NCBI RefSeq assembly: GCF_006345805.1
Contig: NC_043004.1
Location: forward strand, 54,250,001-54,314,000
Source of the DNA: Octopus sinensis
Lineage: Eukaryota
Direction: 5' to 3'
Length of the DNA stretch: 64,000 bases
The notes under the pieces are model-generated. The model had not been told where the DNA came from and made no database searches. It saw only the letters and a list, made by a program, of their open reading frames with translations. The position numbers and the translations under genes are program-made. Shown here piece after piece: positions 53,201 to 63,639 of this stretch (position 1 is the first letter of the stretch; each line of letters begins with the position of its first letter).

Positions 53201-53674
53201 GTAGTCTAGATGCGTGTCCAGGGTGGCATTCCAATCCCCCACTAAAAGTAAAGGACGAGACGTTCCCATGAAAGACTCTAGACGTCGAAAGAAATCTGGT
53301 CGGCCTGTTAAGGACGGAGCATAAACTGCTATCAGTCGAAAAGCACACTCATTGCTGCCATCGACATCCAAAACGACCAGCCTACCCTCCGGGTCTAGGA
53401 AATTTGCTCTTACTTTGAGATCCAGACTCTTCCGGATAAGCACCGCGGTGCCACCTCCGTCCATTCTCGGTAGACACGGAGAAAAATAAATGTTGAAATG
53501 TGTACCGAAAATGTGCTGGAGTGCCCGCAAGCTGTGGAGTCTGGTCTCACTGATGGCTATGATATTCAGATTTAGTGACTTGATGTCATTTAACAGGTAG
53601 CCTTGTTTCCAAGGCGACCCCAAGCCACGTACATTTATACTACCTATTCTGAGCATGTTCCGATAAAAGTGCAA
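50219..53674 (-). CDS. Tx1-clade ORF2: APE endonuclease + reverse transcriptase + C-terminal zinc finger
   Basis: 1151 aa uninterrupted; SINVRGL, AISET, GDWNAT, YLDR and YTDH (APE); KSPGLDG, FRPITLLNADLK, QSKAFD, RQGCPLS and YADD (RT); CPRCGQSDETVLHALVQC. The start may be the second Met (53656). Confidence 0.97.
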   Translation of the reverse strand: MHFYRNMLRIGSINVRGLGSPWKQGYLLNDIKSLNLNIIAISETRLHSLRALQHIFGTHFNIYFSPCLPRMDGGGTAVLIRKSLDLKVRANFLDPEGRLVVLDVDGSNECAFRLIAVYAPSLTGRPDFFRRLESFMGTSRPLLLVGDWNATLDTHLDYVGRDSNRRGCKCLKDLLRRFQLSDRYRLDHLNVPMWTWSNRIGSSRSYLDRVFCRTIDKNSVGCPQLHIVSYTDHKFVTCTLDLDKTHRQGPGYWKLNASFTARQVYRDRISTLIKRALTGTIINNRWWYALKKAIKAESVRYSRALALDRNRIEGDLVKVLEEALRTGIASNVLAARLALDQHLNAKHEGCVVRARMRALRNEGVGAAQEARVVETQRGNRATIKSLIDEQGRELLEPKRMCGVFQQHFTQLFGTSGESEGRVDFSAYLHALPRLSAREVESCEKPITAADVQDAMVGCARDKSPGLDGLPYEFYFHMPDLFGGVLAAVYCNWQQNGSIPAFVKRGAVALIKKDPNKGDVIDNFRPITLLNADLKILAKVLAERLALVIKKLIDKAQTCAVPGRSIHDNLHLMRYIIDRVVKNPGMGGALINLDQSKAFDRVDHHYLEAVLKAAGFGPVFRGWIAALYSGIRSVVRVNGHLSRPFNIMRSVRQGCPLSSLLYVLTLEPLLRKLATLRGIPRELGCGRSVSAYADDVTVIVSSYEHIELVGETLKEYEAVTGAKINREKSVGLRLGTWRSKPMPSNSVSIVGRWTDGPVKLLGVWFGPDLQMEKNWGEITTRVATLTQKWTERKLSLKGRAEVANAYIASVIEYRLTVVPCPDPTITKLERILFRFLWKGNVPMVRRSICCQHPLNGGLGMPWLMMRRHALRLRHLRRFIDNGEQGWSPFVRRAFPQLVSLDELQSWIKQRPRLGEWHRECRVALKQLCRPGSNLCDSITTKAFYRGLVEGRCDDELGQSLGVDEEHLTRLFRTTFGPGPMNNHQRSLAWQCYREALPVRDKLYRHGSRHTGPTCPRCGQSDETVLHALVQCPTISDLWAYAERLLSRVGRIRLSAESIVRIAPPPSLNREGKAVFIVLVAMVKECVWWTRAKGLETNTYLSGQSLINFFKYHLKRKVRMEREVLSRERFKRRLVNVAKMVRASNETILSMIL

Positions 53675-54073
53675 GAAAGGAAAAGGAGAGAGAAAAGGTT
53701 ACTTGTTTTTCGAAAGTTCTTTGTCTTTCACCTCACGGCTTCTTCTATGAGGCTTTTATACAGTTTTTTCGATGAGTACTTTTGAAATCTCCCTACTGCA
53801 TCAGGGTAAAGAGATTTCAGGGTGCTGTATGTGTTCTGTGTCACGTGTATTATTTTAATGTGTTGTGGTGGTGTGTGTGTGTGGGTGGTTACTTGTTTTT
53901 ATGTCGTTTTCAGTAATGTTAGTGTTTGACCTAATGTGTTCCATTAGGTCGTGGTTGTTTGTGTTTATGGCTGTCAACATTTTTGAGGGGTTTGATGATG
54001 GTGTGTTTGTGTTGATGTGTGTGTTTTCTGTGGATGTTTTTGTTTCGGGAGTGGTGTATTCCCGCTTTGTTTG

Positions 54074-55147
54074 TTATTTTTTCTTTTCTTTTTTTTCCCC
54101 TTTTTCTTCTCCCCCTGTGGCTATTTGCCAATCTTCCGTGTCTTCTTCGTCTAATGACAGATCAGACGAATCGGAGTCTGGAGAGGGGAAAGTATTGGGG
54201 TCTATTGTCGACTGTGTTGGTTTTGTTGTTGGTGTTGGTTGGTGAGCGTTTGGTTGTGGTGTATGCGGTTTTGGATGTGGGGTTTGGGTATTTTGTGTTT
54301 GAGTGATTGTGGGTATTGTTGTGTTGTTTAGGGTCTCAATTTTGTGGGGATTTGGAGTTGTAATTGTTTCTTCATTTTTGCTGGGTGTCTTTTTGGCAGA
54401 TGTCCTTGGTTTGGGAGTTGGTATATTCTTGGTTGTTGTTGTTGGTGATGCTGCTTCTGTTCTTGGTGCTGCAGTTGGTGTGGTTGTTTGTTTGGTGAGG
54501 TTTGTTCCTGCAAAAAGTGGTGTGGGTAGTAAACCTTGTTTATTTGTTTTTGTTTCCGGCTGCTGTTGTTGTTGCTGTTGTTTTCTTGCGGCAGATTTGC
54601 AGTCTTTTTTGAGGTGTTGCTCACTGCCGCATATGTAGCAACGTGGTCTTCTGCCATCGACGACCACATATAACTTGTGGTCGTCTGATACACATATCTG
54701 GGTGGGTATTTTTTTTATATCTTCATGATGTATATGTAGAAGAAATTCTATTTTTTTTCCCACCCAGTTTTTATGCTCTGTGACTGTGGTTTCCAAAATA
54801 GTATAATTCGCCATTTTTACGCATAAGGCCTTTACAAGCCATAGACTATTGGCTATTTTGGGGACATTGTTTAGAGTGATCTTAGTCACTTTCTGTCCCC
54901 GATAGCTTGGTGTAAGTTGGAGTTCATCTGAGTGAAGAGTTAGCGTTGAGAAATGTCTAGCTAACTCTTCGTGTGTGTAGAAAACGACTTGTATGTGGGC
55001 AAATTTGTTCCACCAGGTTACATATTCTTTGTGATCCCAGATGGGCTTCAAGCACTTCTCTATTTTGCTTGTGTTGGCCTTCTCTGGGATTTTTGTTTTT
55101 TTGTTAACTATTTTATAAATGATTGTTCGTCTTTTTTCATTTTCCAA
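54074..55147 (-). CDS. Tx1-clade ORF1 (nucleic-acid-binding protein with CCHC knuckle)
   Basis: 357 aa, CYICGSEQHLKKDC, T/P/Q-rich C-terminal tail, directly upstream of ORF2. Confidence 0.9.
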   Translation of the reverse strand: MENEKRRTIIYKIVNKKTKIPEKANTSKIEKCLKPIWDHKEYVTWWNKFAHIQVVFYTHEELARHFSTLTLHSDELQLTPSYRGQKVTKITLNNVPKIANSLWLVKALCVKMANYTILETTVTEHKNWVGKKIEFLLHIHHEDIKKIPTQICVSDDHKLYVVVDGRRPRCYICGSEQHLKKDCKSAARKQQQQQQQPETKTNKQGLLPTPLFAGTNLTKQTTTPTAAPRTEAASPTTTTKNIPTPKPRTSAKKTPSKNEETITTPNPHKIETLNNTTIPTITQTQNTQTPHPKPHTPQPNAHQPTPTTKPTQSTIDPNTFPSPDSDSSDLSLDEEDTEDWQIATGGEEKGEKKEKKK

Positions 55148-55260
55148 AATATCTTCTGGTATGTTATTTTTACTATACCTTCTGATTCTGTTATTTTGAT
55201 GTTCGTGTCCTGTATTTGTTGAGAGCCGTAAAGTATTATGTGTTTTTTTCTTTAATCGCC

Positions 55261-55659
55261 TCAGCGAAATTGTTGTTGTTTTGTTATTGTTGTTGCTTGT
55301 GGTGATGTTGTTGTTGGCTGCAGTTTGTAAAATTGGTGTGTTTGGTTCGATCGTGCAAGTAGGAAGGGGTGGAAAATTGCCTGCGTACTTAGTCCTGCAC
55401 TAGGGCAAAATTCGACATTTCGTTTGCTTGTCGTCGTTATTTTTTCACTTGTTGGTGATGGAGTGAGCAGTGGTTGAAGGGAATTGTTGTTGTCGTCGTT
55501 GTTGTTGTTGTTATTGTCGTTCTTGGTGACGGCGGTGGTGTTGGTAGTATTAGTAGCATTGACGGCACGGTCTTTGGTGGCGGTGATGGTGATGTTGGTG
55601 TTGTTATTGGTGGCGATATCTTTAGTAGGGATAGCAGTTTTAGTAGCAGATTCTGCCAT
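55261..55659 (-). CDS. Possible upstream low-complexity ORF inside the element 5' region
   Basis: 132 aa, T/N-rich, ATG in ACCATGG context; no recognisable domain. Confidence 0.3.
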   Translation of the reverse strand: MAESATKTAIPTKDIATNNNTNITITATKDRAVNATNTTNTTAVTKNDNNNNNNDDNNNSLQPLLTPSPTSEKITTTSKRNVEFCPSAGLSTQAIFHPFLLARSNQTHQFYKLQPTTTSPQATTITKQQQFR

Positions 55660-56070
55660 GGTGTTGGTGCTGGTGGTGGACTCACTGATGGTGTTGACGG
55701 GTGCGCCTTGCGACCTTTGTTTTGTATTGTGCTGTTGGTGGTGGTGGAGTTGTCAGGTTCGGCGTATGCTAACAGAGCATCCTGTTTTTCTGTTTCTGCG
55801 TCACGCTTCACTTGCAACTCAGCCTCGTGGTGGCCAGTGGCATTTTGGAAATAAAATGGCTAAATGAAACCACGAAGGCTATGAGAATTTTTTCTTTTAA
55901 ATTTTGCCCACAAGGGGCAAAATTTTGTGTCGATATTTATCAAAGGTTTACAGTGGATGTTGTTGCACAACTTTTAAGCACAAAATGTTTGTCAATATAC
56001 ACTTTTAAATGGTCAAAATAAATGATTACCTTCGGAGCTGAAACGACATCACATCCGTCAGAGATAGATT

Positions 56071-56110
<40 letters not shown>

Positions 56111-56145
56111 TATAGATAGATATATAGATATATAGATAGATATAT

Positions 56146-56218
<73 letters not shown>

Positions 56219-56219
<1 letters not shown>

Positions 56220-58010
56220 GTTTCTTTATTGGCCACACAGGGCTGCACACAGATGGGACAAGTTACAAGGTAGAGCTTTGCTTTTGGGGGATGAAGAAAA
56301 CAAAAAAAAAGGGGGGTGGCGTAGGTTTTCGATCAAGAGGGATCGTAAAAGGGAAGAAAAGAACAAAAACAAAAAAAAAATTGAATAAAATAAAAGGAAT
56401 AAAAAGAATTAAAAAAAAGAAAAGGAAAATGAACAAGAGAAAAGAGAAATGAAAAAAGAAGAAAAAAGGGGGAAAAAAAGGGGAAGAGGAAAAAAAGAGA
56501 ACGATCAATAGGAATCGTGTATCACAGTGTTATGATATATGGTGTAAAGGGGAAAGCAAGTAAGGTTTATCCGTGGGAAGAAAAGCCTACGAAAAAGACC
56601 ACGGTAACCTTGGTCAATATTGTTATATGTTACCACATTTGTTTGCAAGTGGGTAACCCTCTGTTTTCAATTTCTGGGTTCATAGGATTATGCTCAAGGT
56701 GGCTTCGTCACTCATACGTGCCATCCTTGCTACATTCACCCATCTTTTTTTAAAACATTCGCTAGACAAAACTTGCCTCTCTACTCTCACTTTCCTCTTC
56801 AAGTGGTACTTGAAGAAGTTGATGAGAGATTGACCAGAGAGGAAAGTGTTTGTCTCCAATCCTTTCAGACGCGTCCACCAGATACATTCTTTCGCCATAG
56901 CCACAAGGATTATGAAAATAGCTCTTCCTTGCCGTTTGAAGGAAGGAGGCGTGACAATATTGACGATAGACTCAGCTGATAAACCGACTCGTCCCACACG
57001 TGACAGCAGTTGTTCGACATAAGCCCACAGGTCGGAAATTGTTGGACACTGCACGAGTGCGTGCAGAACGGTTTCGTCGCTCTGACCGCATCTCGGGCAG
57101 GTCGGCCCCGTGTTTCTCGAGCCTTGTCTGTAGAGCTTATCCCGAACGGGTAGCGCTTCTCGGTAGCACTGCCAGGCCAGGGATCTCTGGAAGTTGTCCA
57201 TGGGCCCTGGCCCGAAAGTCGTCCTGAACAGGCGGATCAGGTACTCCTCGTCGACGTCCAGGTTCGCCCCGAGCTCGTCGTCGTACCTCCCCTCCACTAA
57301 TCCCCTATAGAATGCTTTGGTTGTGTTGAAGTCACTCAAGGTCGACCCAGGTCGGCAGAGTTGCTTGAGAGCAACGCGACACTCGCGGTGCCAATCGCCC
57401 TTCCTCGGCCTCTTTTTGATCCACGACTGCAGTTCGGTCATGGAGACGAGCTGCGGGAAAGCGTGCCTCACAAAAGGCGACCACACATGTTCACCGTCGT
57501 CTACATAGAGCCAGAGATGTCGCAGTCTCAGCGCGTGTCTGCGCATCATCAACCACGGCATGCCCAGCCCTCCTTTTAACGGGTGTTGACAGCAAATAGA
57601 CGCCTGACCATCGGGACGCACCCTTTCCACAAGAAGCGAAAGAGAATGCGTTGTAGTTTGGTGATGGTAGGGTCGGGACAAGGTACGACGGTCAGGCGGT
57701 AGTAGATGACGGACGCGATGTACGTGTTCGCCACCTCCGCCCGACCTTTTAGGGACAGTTTCCTCTCGGCCCATTGCCGGGCGAGAGTGGCCACCCTACT
57801 CGTTATCTCGTTCCAGTTCTTCTCCACTTGGAGGTCCGGACCAAACCAGACCCCGAGCAACTCAACCGGGCCGTCGGTCCAGCGTCCCACGACGGAGGCA
57901 CTGGTGGACGGCATGGGCTTGCTTCTCCAGGTGCCTAGTCGCAAGCCCAGTGACTTTTCCCGGTTGATTTTCGCTCCTGTCACCGCTTCGTAGTCTTTCA
58001 GTGTCTCGCC

Positions 58011-58011
<1 letters not shown>
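56219..58011 (-). mobile_element. 5'-truncated sister Tx1 copy in (GATA)n
   Basis: ORF2 C-terminus closely related to 50219-51550, with a small deletion near 57600; 3' end CCCTGTGTGGCCAATAAAGAAACT(TATC)n; GATA on both sides. Confidence 0.92.
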
Positions 58012-58059
<48 letters not shown>

Positions 58060-58123
58060 TACATATGTATATATATATTTATGCATATGCGTACATGTAT
58101 TTGTATACATGTATGTAGGCATG

Positions 58124-58170
<47 letters not shown>

Positions 58171-58172
58171 TA

Positions 58173-58203
<31 letters not shown>

Positions 58204-58389
58204 CTAAGCAATGAAGGGTTTAGCAACGAATTGCCTTACCACATACCGAATTTAGAAATAGCAGTCAAAGAGTTATAGCTATTTCTTCTACTAAAAAGGG
58301 AGATCTCAGTAAAAACAGCAATTGGAAGGCAGACACAAACAGGTAAGAGAGAATGAATTGACGGCAATCTATCATACAATTTTAAGTTA

Positions 58390-58489
58390 TCTACGGACGC
58401 ACGTTTCGAAATCAAGTTTTTAGGAAAGCATAAGAATTAAATATTAAATAATTCTACCTTACCAAAACTTCTTTTCTCTTCAGCGTAGA
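58390..58489 (-). ncRNA. Canonical type I hammerhead ribozyme, copy 1
   Basis: TCTACG-CTGAAGA-GAAA...TTTC-GAA-AC(GTGC)GT-C-CGTAGA; long stem II insert pairs AAGTTTT/AAAACTT and AGAATTA/TAATTCT. Confidence 0.85.
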
Positions 58490-58981
58490 ATACTATAATC
58501 ATAAATGATTATATATTGAATTTTGAGATACTAGAAGGCACCAACTCAACTCAGTATCAGAGCGAGCTAGAATCCGCAACTAGTATCACCAAATTCAATG
58601 TGTGAATGAAAAGATTGTGTCACCAGCCCCTTCCCACCCGCGTGTAGCCAAAACAAGATGCTGTGGTCATCTACTGAGATAAAATATGGTTATCCGTAAT
58701 AATGAAGGGTGAAATTAATTAATTTGGAATAATTATCAATTACACCAAGTAGTCTTCGGCATGTAAAAGCCTCATTCGAGGAAAATTTAAGTAATACTAA
58801 GCAATAAAGGGTTTAGCAACGAATTGCCTTACCACATACCGAATTTAGAAATAGCAGTCAAGAGTTATAGCTATTTCTTCTACTAAAAAGGGAGATCTCA
58901 GTAAAAACAGCAATTGGAAGGCAGACACAAACAGGTAAGAGAGAATGAATTGACGGCAATCTATCATACAATTTTAAGTTA

Positions 58982-59081
58982 TCTACGGACGCACGTTTCG
59001 AAATCAAGTTTTTAGGAAAGCATAAGAATTAAATATTAAATAATTCTACCTTACCAAAACTTCTTTTCTCTTCAGCGTAGA
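58982..59081 (-). ncRNA. Canonical type I hammerhead ribozyme, copy 2
   Basis: Identical motif 592 nt away. Confidence 0.85.
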
Positions 59082-59189
59082 ATACTATAATCATAAATGA
59101 TTATATATTGAATTTTGAGATACTAGAAGGCACCAACTCAACTCAGTATCAGAGCGAGCTAGAATCCGCAACTAGTATCACCAAATTCA

Positions 59190-59252
<63 letters not shown>

Positions 59253-59421
59253 TGTATGTATATATTATCGTGAAAACAATAACAATGTAAAAGTTTTTAT
59301 TTTTCATTCCCTTCGAAACTGCTCTTAAATAAGGTTTTGGTCGTTTTTGACAGCTTCTTCTAGCGTTTAAAATTACCTATTAAAGGTAAATTCTCTTGTG
59401 CTTAAATGTACTCTATTTAAT

Positions 59422-59512
<91 letters not shown>

Positions 59513-59647
59513 GATAGATAGATACATACATACATACATACATACATACATACATACATACATACATACATACATACATACATACATACGTACATACATA
59601 CATGCATACATACATAGACAGATAGATAGACAGATAGACACACAGAC

Positions 59648-59788
<141 letters not shown>

Positions 59789-60269
59789 TATGACATGCGT
59801 TGAAGTATCTTAGTACATTAGGAGCATGATTAGTTTACTAACAAAAGCATACAGAATGGTTCTACCAGTAAAGAACATGAACTAGATCGCCCCCAGCATG
59901 ACTGCCTGATAGCCTTGAAGGAACGACTACTGAGATTGTGAACGTTGCATAAAAGAACTCTGACAAACCAACTGATTGATTCATTGATCAAACGATCATT
60001 CAGTTTTCGAGAATTTAGTTCGTTAATTAATTAAATGGTTGACTATGAATATTAGAACTAATGAATGTATCATGCATTTTTTGTTGATGTTCTTTAATTC
60101 CTTAATATTTTATATATTTTTCTATCGCTTATTTTTCGTTTTATGTTATTTCTTTATGATATGACTCGCGCCCAACTGTTTAATCTGTAATCCAGTAAAT
60201 TCTGCCTCAGCACACGATAATATATTATAAATCTTGTAGGGCAAATTTTAAGAAATAAATGCTTGTATG

Positions 60270-60321
<52 letters not shown>

Positions 60322-60532
60322 TTGAAGTAGATAAATGAATTATCTTATTACGGATAATTCAAAAGATAACCGATACATGGGTAGAAAAATTCACAACAGA
60401 AAGGGCACGGTTGAAGTTACGACCATGGGGCATAAAATCCGTGCCTTAGTGCGGAAATTTGAAGTTTTATATATTAAGTATAGGAAAGAATGGAGCTGAA
60501 CGAAGATTTAACACAATCTCTTCTGCTTTCAT

Positions 60533-60558
60533 CCAATCTGGCGTCAACGCATATAAAT
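60533..60558 (+). promoter_or_regulatory. CCAAT + CRE-like + TATA cluster
   Basis: CCAAT 60533, TGGCGTCA 60539, TATAAAT 60552. Confidence 0.45.
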
Positions 60559-60647
60559 AGACAGTTTGTATCATTAATTTCATGGGCTCCTCGTGAGCGT
60601 TTATCGAAAAGCTTGTTGTGCATTTTGTTGGAGAATTAAGTCCCTGG

Positions 60648-60733
60648 ATTTTCCTGAAGAGAAGGCTGCAAAATGGACTCCTTATTCAATCGGAATTAGG
60701 GACTTTGCAGACTTCGAAACATATGTCGAAAAT
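60648..60733 (+). ncRNA. Canonical type I hammerhead ribozyme
   Basis: ATTTTC-CTGAAGA-GAAG-G-CTGCAAA...TTTGCAG-A-CTTC-GAA-ACATATGT-C-GAAAAT; predicted cut after GUC at 60727. Confidence 0.88.
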
Positions 60734-60782
60734 AAAATAAAGGAATTTTGTTAAATCTTCGTTCAGCTCCATTCTTTCCTAT

Positions 60783-60830
<48 letters not shown>

Positions 60831-60832
60831 TA

Positions 60833-61038
60833 CAGTGTGTCCCAGGATTCGCACACCATTCTGGTTAGTATTAAAAGTTATTAAAGCAATTTATTTTATA
60901 TTTTTTCGGCATGTTTTATTGTAGAGGGTGCTCAATTTGAGCATTTGTTATGATTAATTTCAATAACGTGTTTTTGAAATCAGTAATGGTGTATACTTTA
61001 AAAAAACCACGGAGGTGCTCGACTTCTGGGACACCCTG
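60833..61038. mobile_element. Tc1/mariner-type MITE
   Basis: Imperfect TIRs CAG.GTGTCCCAG, TA on both sides, 206 bp. Confidence 0.75.
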
Positions 61039-61354
61039 TATATATATATATGCATTATGTATGTATATGTGTGTCCGTGTGCGTGTTCGTGTGTGTGTGT
61101 GTGTGTGTGTGTGGTAAGATCCAAGGATCAAGGTGAAGGAAGTTAGTTGGCTTCAAGCAGTCGGTAGAAGATATAAAAAAAACAACTCAGGAACAACAGT
61201 AGTTTATTGGCGCAGCAGCTTGAGAATTTTTCCCGTACCTAAGTACAATAAACTAAAAAAAAAAAAAATTTATTTTATACTTCACGGTTAGCAAATGAGG
61301 TTGCTGTATATGCGAGTAAAAATCCAAAGTCAGAGAATGGAGTAGATAAAAATC

Positions 61355-61440
61355 CAAGCTACATATGTTTCATAAATAGCGGAACCTGGCAGCAGCAATT
61401 ACCCAAACGAGGGGAAGATCGCAAGCTACTCTTCAGGCCA
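61355..61440 (-). ncRNA. Degenerate hammerhead motif
   Basis: TGGC-CTGAAGA-GTAGC...GCTAT-TTAT-GAA-ACATATGT-A-GCT; 4-nt extra before G12 and only a 3-bp stem I. Confidence 0.5.
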
Positions 61441-61515
61441 ATTTAAACTTTATATAATCAAGGTATATTTGGCATGGGTTTTATCTAATCCATTCACTCA
61501 TTTCGGATATATATA

Positions 61516-61905
61516 TACTATCAGTATCGCCCGACGTTGCTCGGGTTTGTAAGGGAAATAACTATAAAGCATTTTTAGAGAGTTATAGCCAAAAGATAGC
61601 AAAAAAATGCATTAAAAATGGAAAAAATATGATGGTAAATTTTTTTTTAAATCGTTGACTCATCGTAGACATTTTAGAGAGTTACTTCCCTTTAAAAAAA
61701 TATGCCTTAAAATGGAAAAAAAATGATGGTAAATTATTTTTTAAATCGTAGACTCATCGTAGACGCGTGCTAATACCCAGAAGGGCTCGATATGAATCAC
61801 GACTATAAGATACCCGATTTTGGTTACACTGCACCGCAAAATGTGGGAGTAGTTAGGAATCTAAATCGAAGGGGACAGACACTCACACAGCTACAGTTTT
61901 ATATG
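61516..61905 (+). mobile_element. DINE-1/Helentron-associated-type non-autonomous element
   Basis: ATACTA.CAGTATCGCCCG.CGTTGCTCGGG 5' hairpin, internal ~100-bp duplication, GACAGACA...CAGTTTTATAT end; class assigned from general architecture. Confidence 0.6.
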
Positions 61906-62124
61906 TATATATATCTGGCGAAATGTGACTAGGAACCATGGGCATGCAGTCCAAACCCACCCCCACAGTGAGCTGGAGAGGTGAATTACTAACTGTTTCA
62001 CCTTCCACCATTTTCTGTCAAAAGTGTGTTTTTATATGCTTTGAAATATGGTGAGTCTGAAAATGAAAATACTTTCACTCATACGTTGCACCGTTTTGAA
62101 GTAGTTAATAAGACACGAGAAATG

Positions 62125-62357
62125 TACTCTTTACTCTTTTACTCTTTTACTTGTTTCAGTCATGTGACTGCGGCCATGCTGGAGCACCGCCTTTAATCGA
62201 GCAACTCGACCCTGGGACTTATTCTTTTGTAAGCCCAGTACTTATTCTATCGGTCTCTTTTGCCGAACCGCTACGTAACGGGGACATAAACAAACCAGCA
62301 TCGGTTGTCAAGCAATGCTAGGGGGACAAACACAGATACACAAACACACACACACGC

Positions 62358-62394
<37 letters not shown>

Positions 62395-62605
62395 ATATAT
62401 ACACATATATACGACACGCTTCTTTCAGTTTCTGTCTACCAAATCCACTCACAAGGCATTGGTCGGCCCGAGGCTATAGTAGAAGACACTTGCCCAAGAT
62501 GCCACGCAGTGGGACTGAACCCGGAACCATGTGGTTGGTAAACAAGCTACTTACCACACAGCCACTCCTACGCCTATACACAGCCACTCCTGCGCATTTT
62601 CAAAA
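62125..62605 (-). mobile_element. Intact SINE family C (tRNA-derived head; short 5' duplication)
   Basis: GCGCAGGAGTGGCTGTGTGGTAAG (A box), GGGTTCAGTCCC (B box), internal microsatellite, (AGTAAAAG)n tail. Confidence 0.88.
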
Positions 62606-63019
62606 TCTATACACGAATCCCGTGATTAGTACGCAAAATATTTTTGCGACTGGTCCTTAATATAAGCGGTGTGAAATTTGATTGGCTCGTTTCAATAAGT
62701 GTTTGTTTTTCTTGTTTTTTTTTGCGCAGACCATTTGAAGCATAGGCAGCACCTCATATTCAGATCTTCACTAATCCTTCATGCATGAGGTCGTGTGCCA
62801 CCTACTGCTGCTTAACTAGTATATTCAAAATAAATCAACAAAACTCCTTGGAATTCTATCAAATGTCGTGTAGTTATCTAAGTGTTTTCTTTTTTCATGT
62901 GTTTATAGAAAAAATCTGGACCTCATTCTTTTAAATAAAAATTATTATCGAATAAAAAAAACCTTTCGCATATTACCGCTAAAAAAAATTATTAAAGTAA
63001 ATACTCCCACTTCTAATAT

Positions 63020-63215
63020 TGAGGCGGCGAGCTGATAGAGTTGTTAGCAAGTCGGACCAGACACTTTGCTGTATTTCGACCGCAAATTCTGCCGGGATCG
63101 ACTTTTCCTTTCGTCTGTTCAGGGTCGATAAATTAAGTACCAGTCACTGGAGTCTATGAAATCGACTAGACCCATTACCCCAAAATTCCAGCCTTTGTGG
63201 CTACATTGGAAAAGA
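63020..63215 (+). mobile_element. Diverged SINE family B
   Basis: CAAATTCTGCCGGGATCGACTTTTCCTTTC...GTCGATAAATTAAGTACCAG body. Confidence 0.7.
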
Positions 63216-63639
63216 ATATCGTAGCAATGTTGTGCCCTGCCTATTCTTAAAAAGCATTTTATATAGAAACAAAGTCAGAAAAAAAATTTCTCAAAAAAGA
63301 TGTTTCTTTCAGTATATTCTAACGATAAAGCTCATTTGAAAAAAAATACCAGTTAGATCATTCTAATTTCCTTTTCTTTCTGCATTTTATATTACTAACT
63401 TTTTTCTAAGTTAAAATAGCAGTCCACGAGTTTTGGTGGGTTTTTACAGCTTCCTTGTTTTTTTGATATCTCACTGTAATAAAAATGAAATATACAAGTT
63501 AAAGTAAACTTTGATTGGTTTTTAATTAAAAAACAATAGGTGCTTTTCTTAAAAAAATTATTTATTTGTGTCATATTTTACTTTTTAAATACGGTTGGAC
63601 ATAAGTGAAAAACATTTATCAGCGAGTAGATATATTTGA

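Larger units (their letters stand above)
49914..56062 (-). mobile_element. Apparently full-length Tx1/L1-clade LINE inserted in (GATA)n
   Basis: 5' TCTGACGG, two long ORFs, 3' CCCTGTGTGGCTAATAAAAGAAAGT then (TATC)n; GATA arrays on both sides. Confidence 0.93.
58201..59196 (-). repeat. 592/593-bp non-coding unit, ~1.7 tandem copies between (TA)n tracts
   Basis: 58201-58603 is repeated at 58794-59195 with about two differences. Confidence 0.92.
60476..60786 (+). mobile_element. 311-bp element with perfect 38-bp terminal inverted repeats in (TA)n
   Basis: AAGTATAGGAAAGAATGGAGCTGAACGAAGATTTAACA at 60476-60513 and its reverse complement at 60749-60786. Confidence 0.9.

Noticed and set aside
50250-58122. 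Alternative-frame and antisense ORFs over the Tx1 elements (e.g. 50862-51572)
   Set aside because: Shadows of GC-richer coding sequence with no independent motifs.
58740-58790. Minus-strand CGAATGA-GGC...GCC-GAAG hammerhead look-alike
   Set aside because: Positions 4, 5 and 15.1 are non-consensus and no stem I forms.
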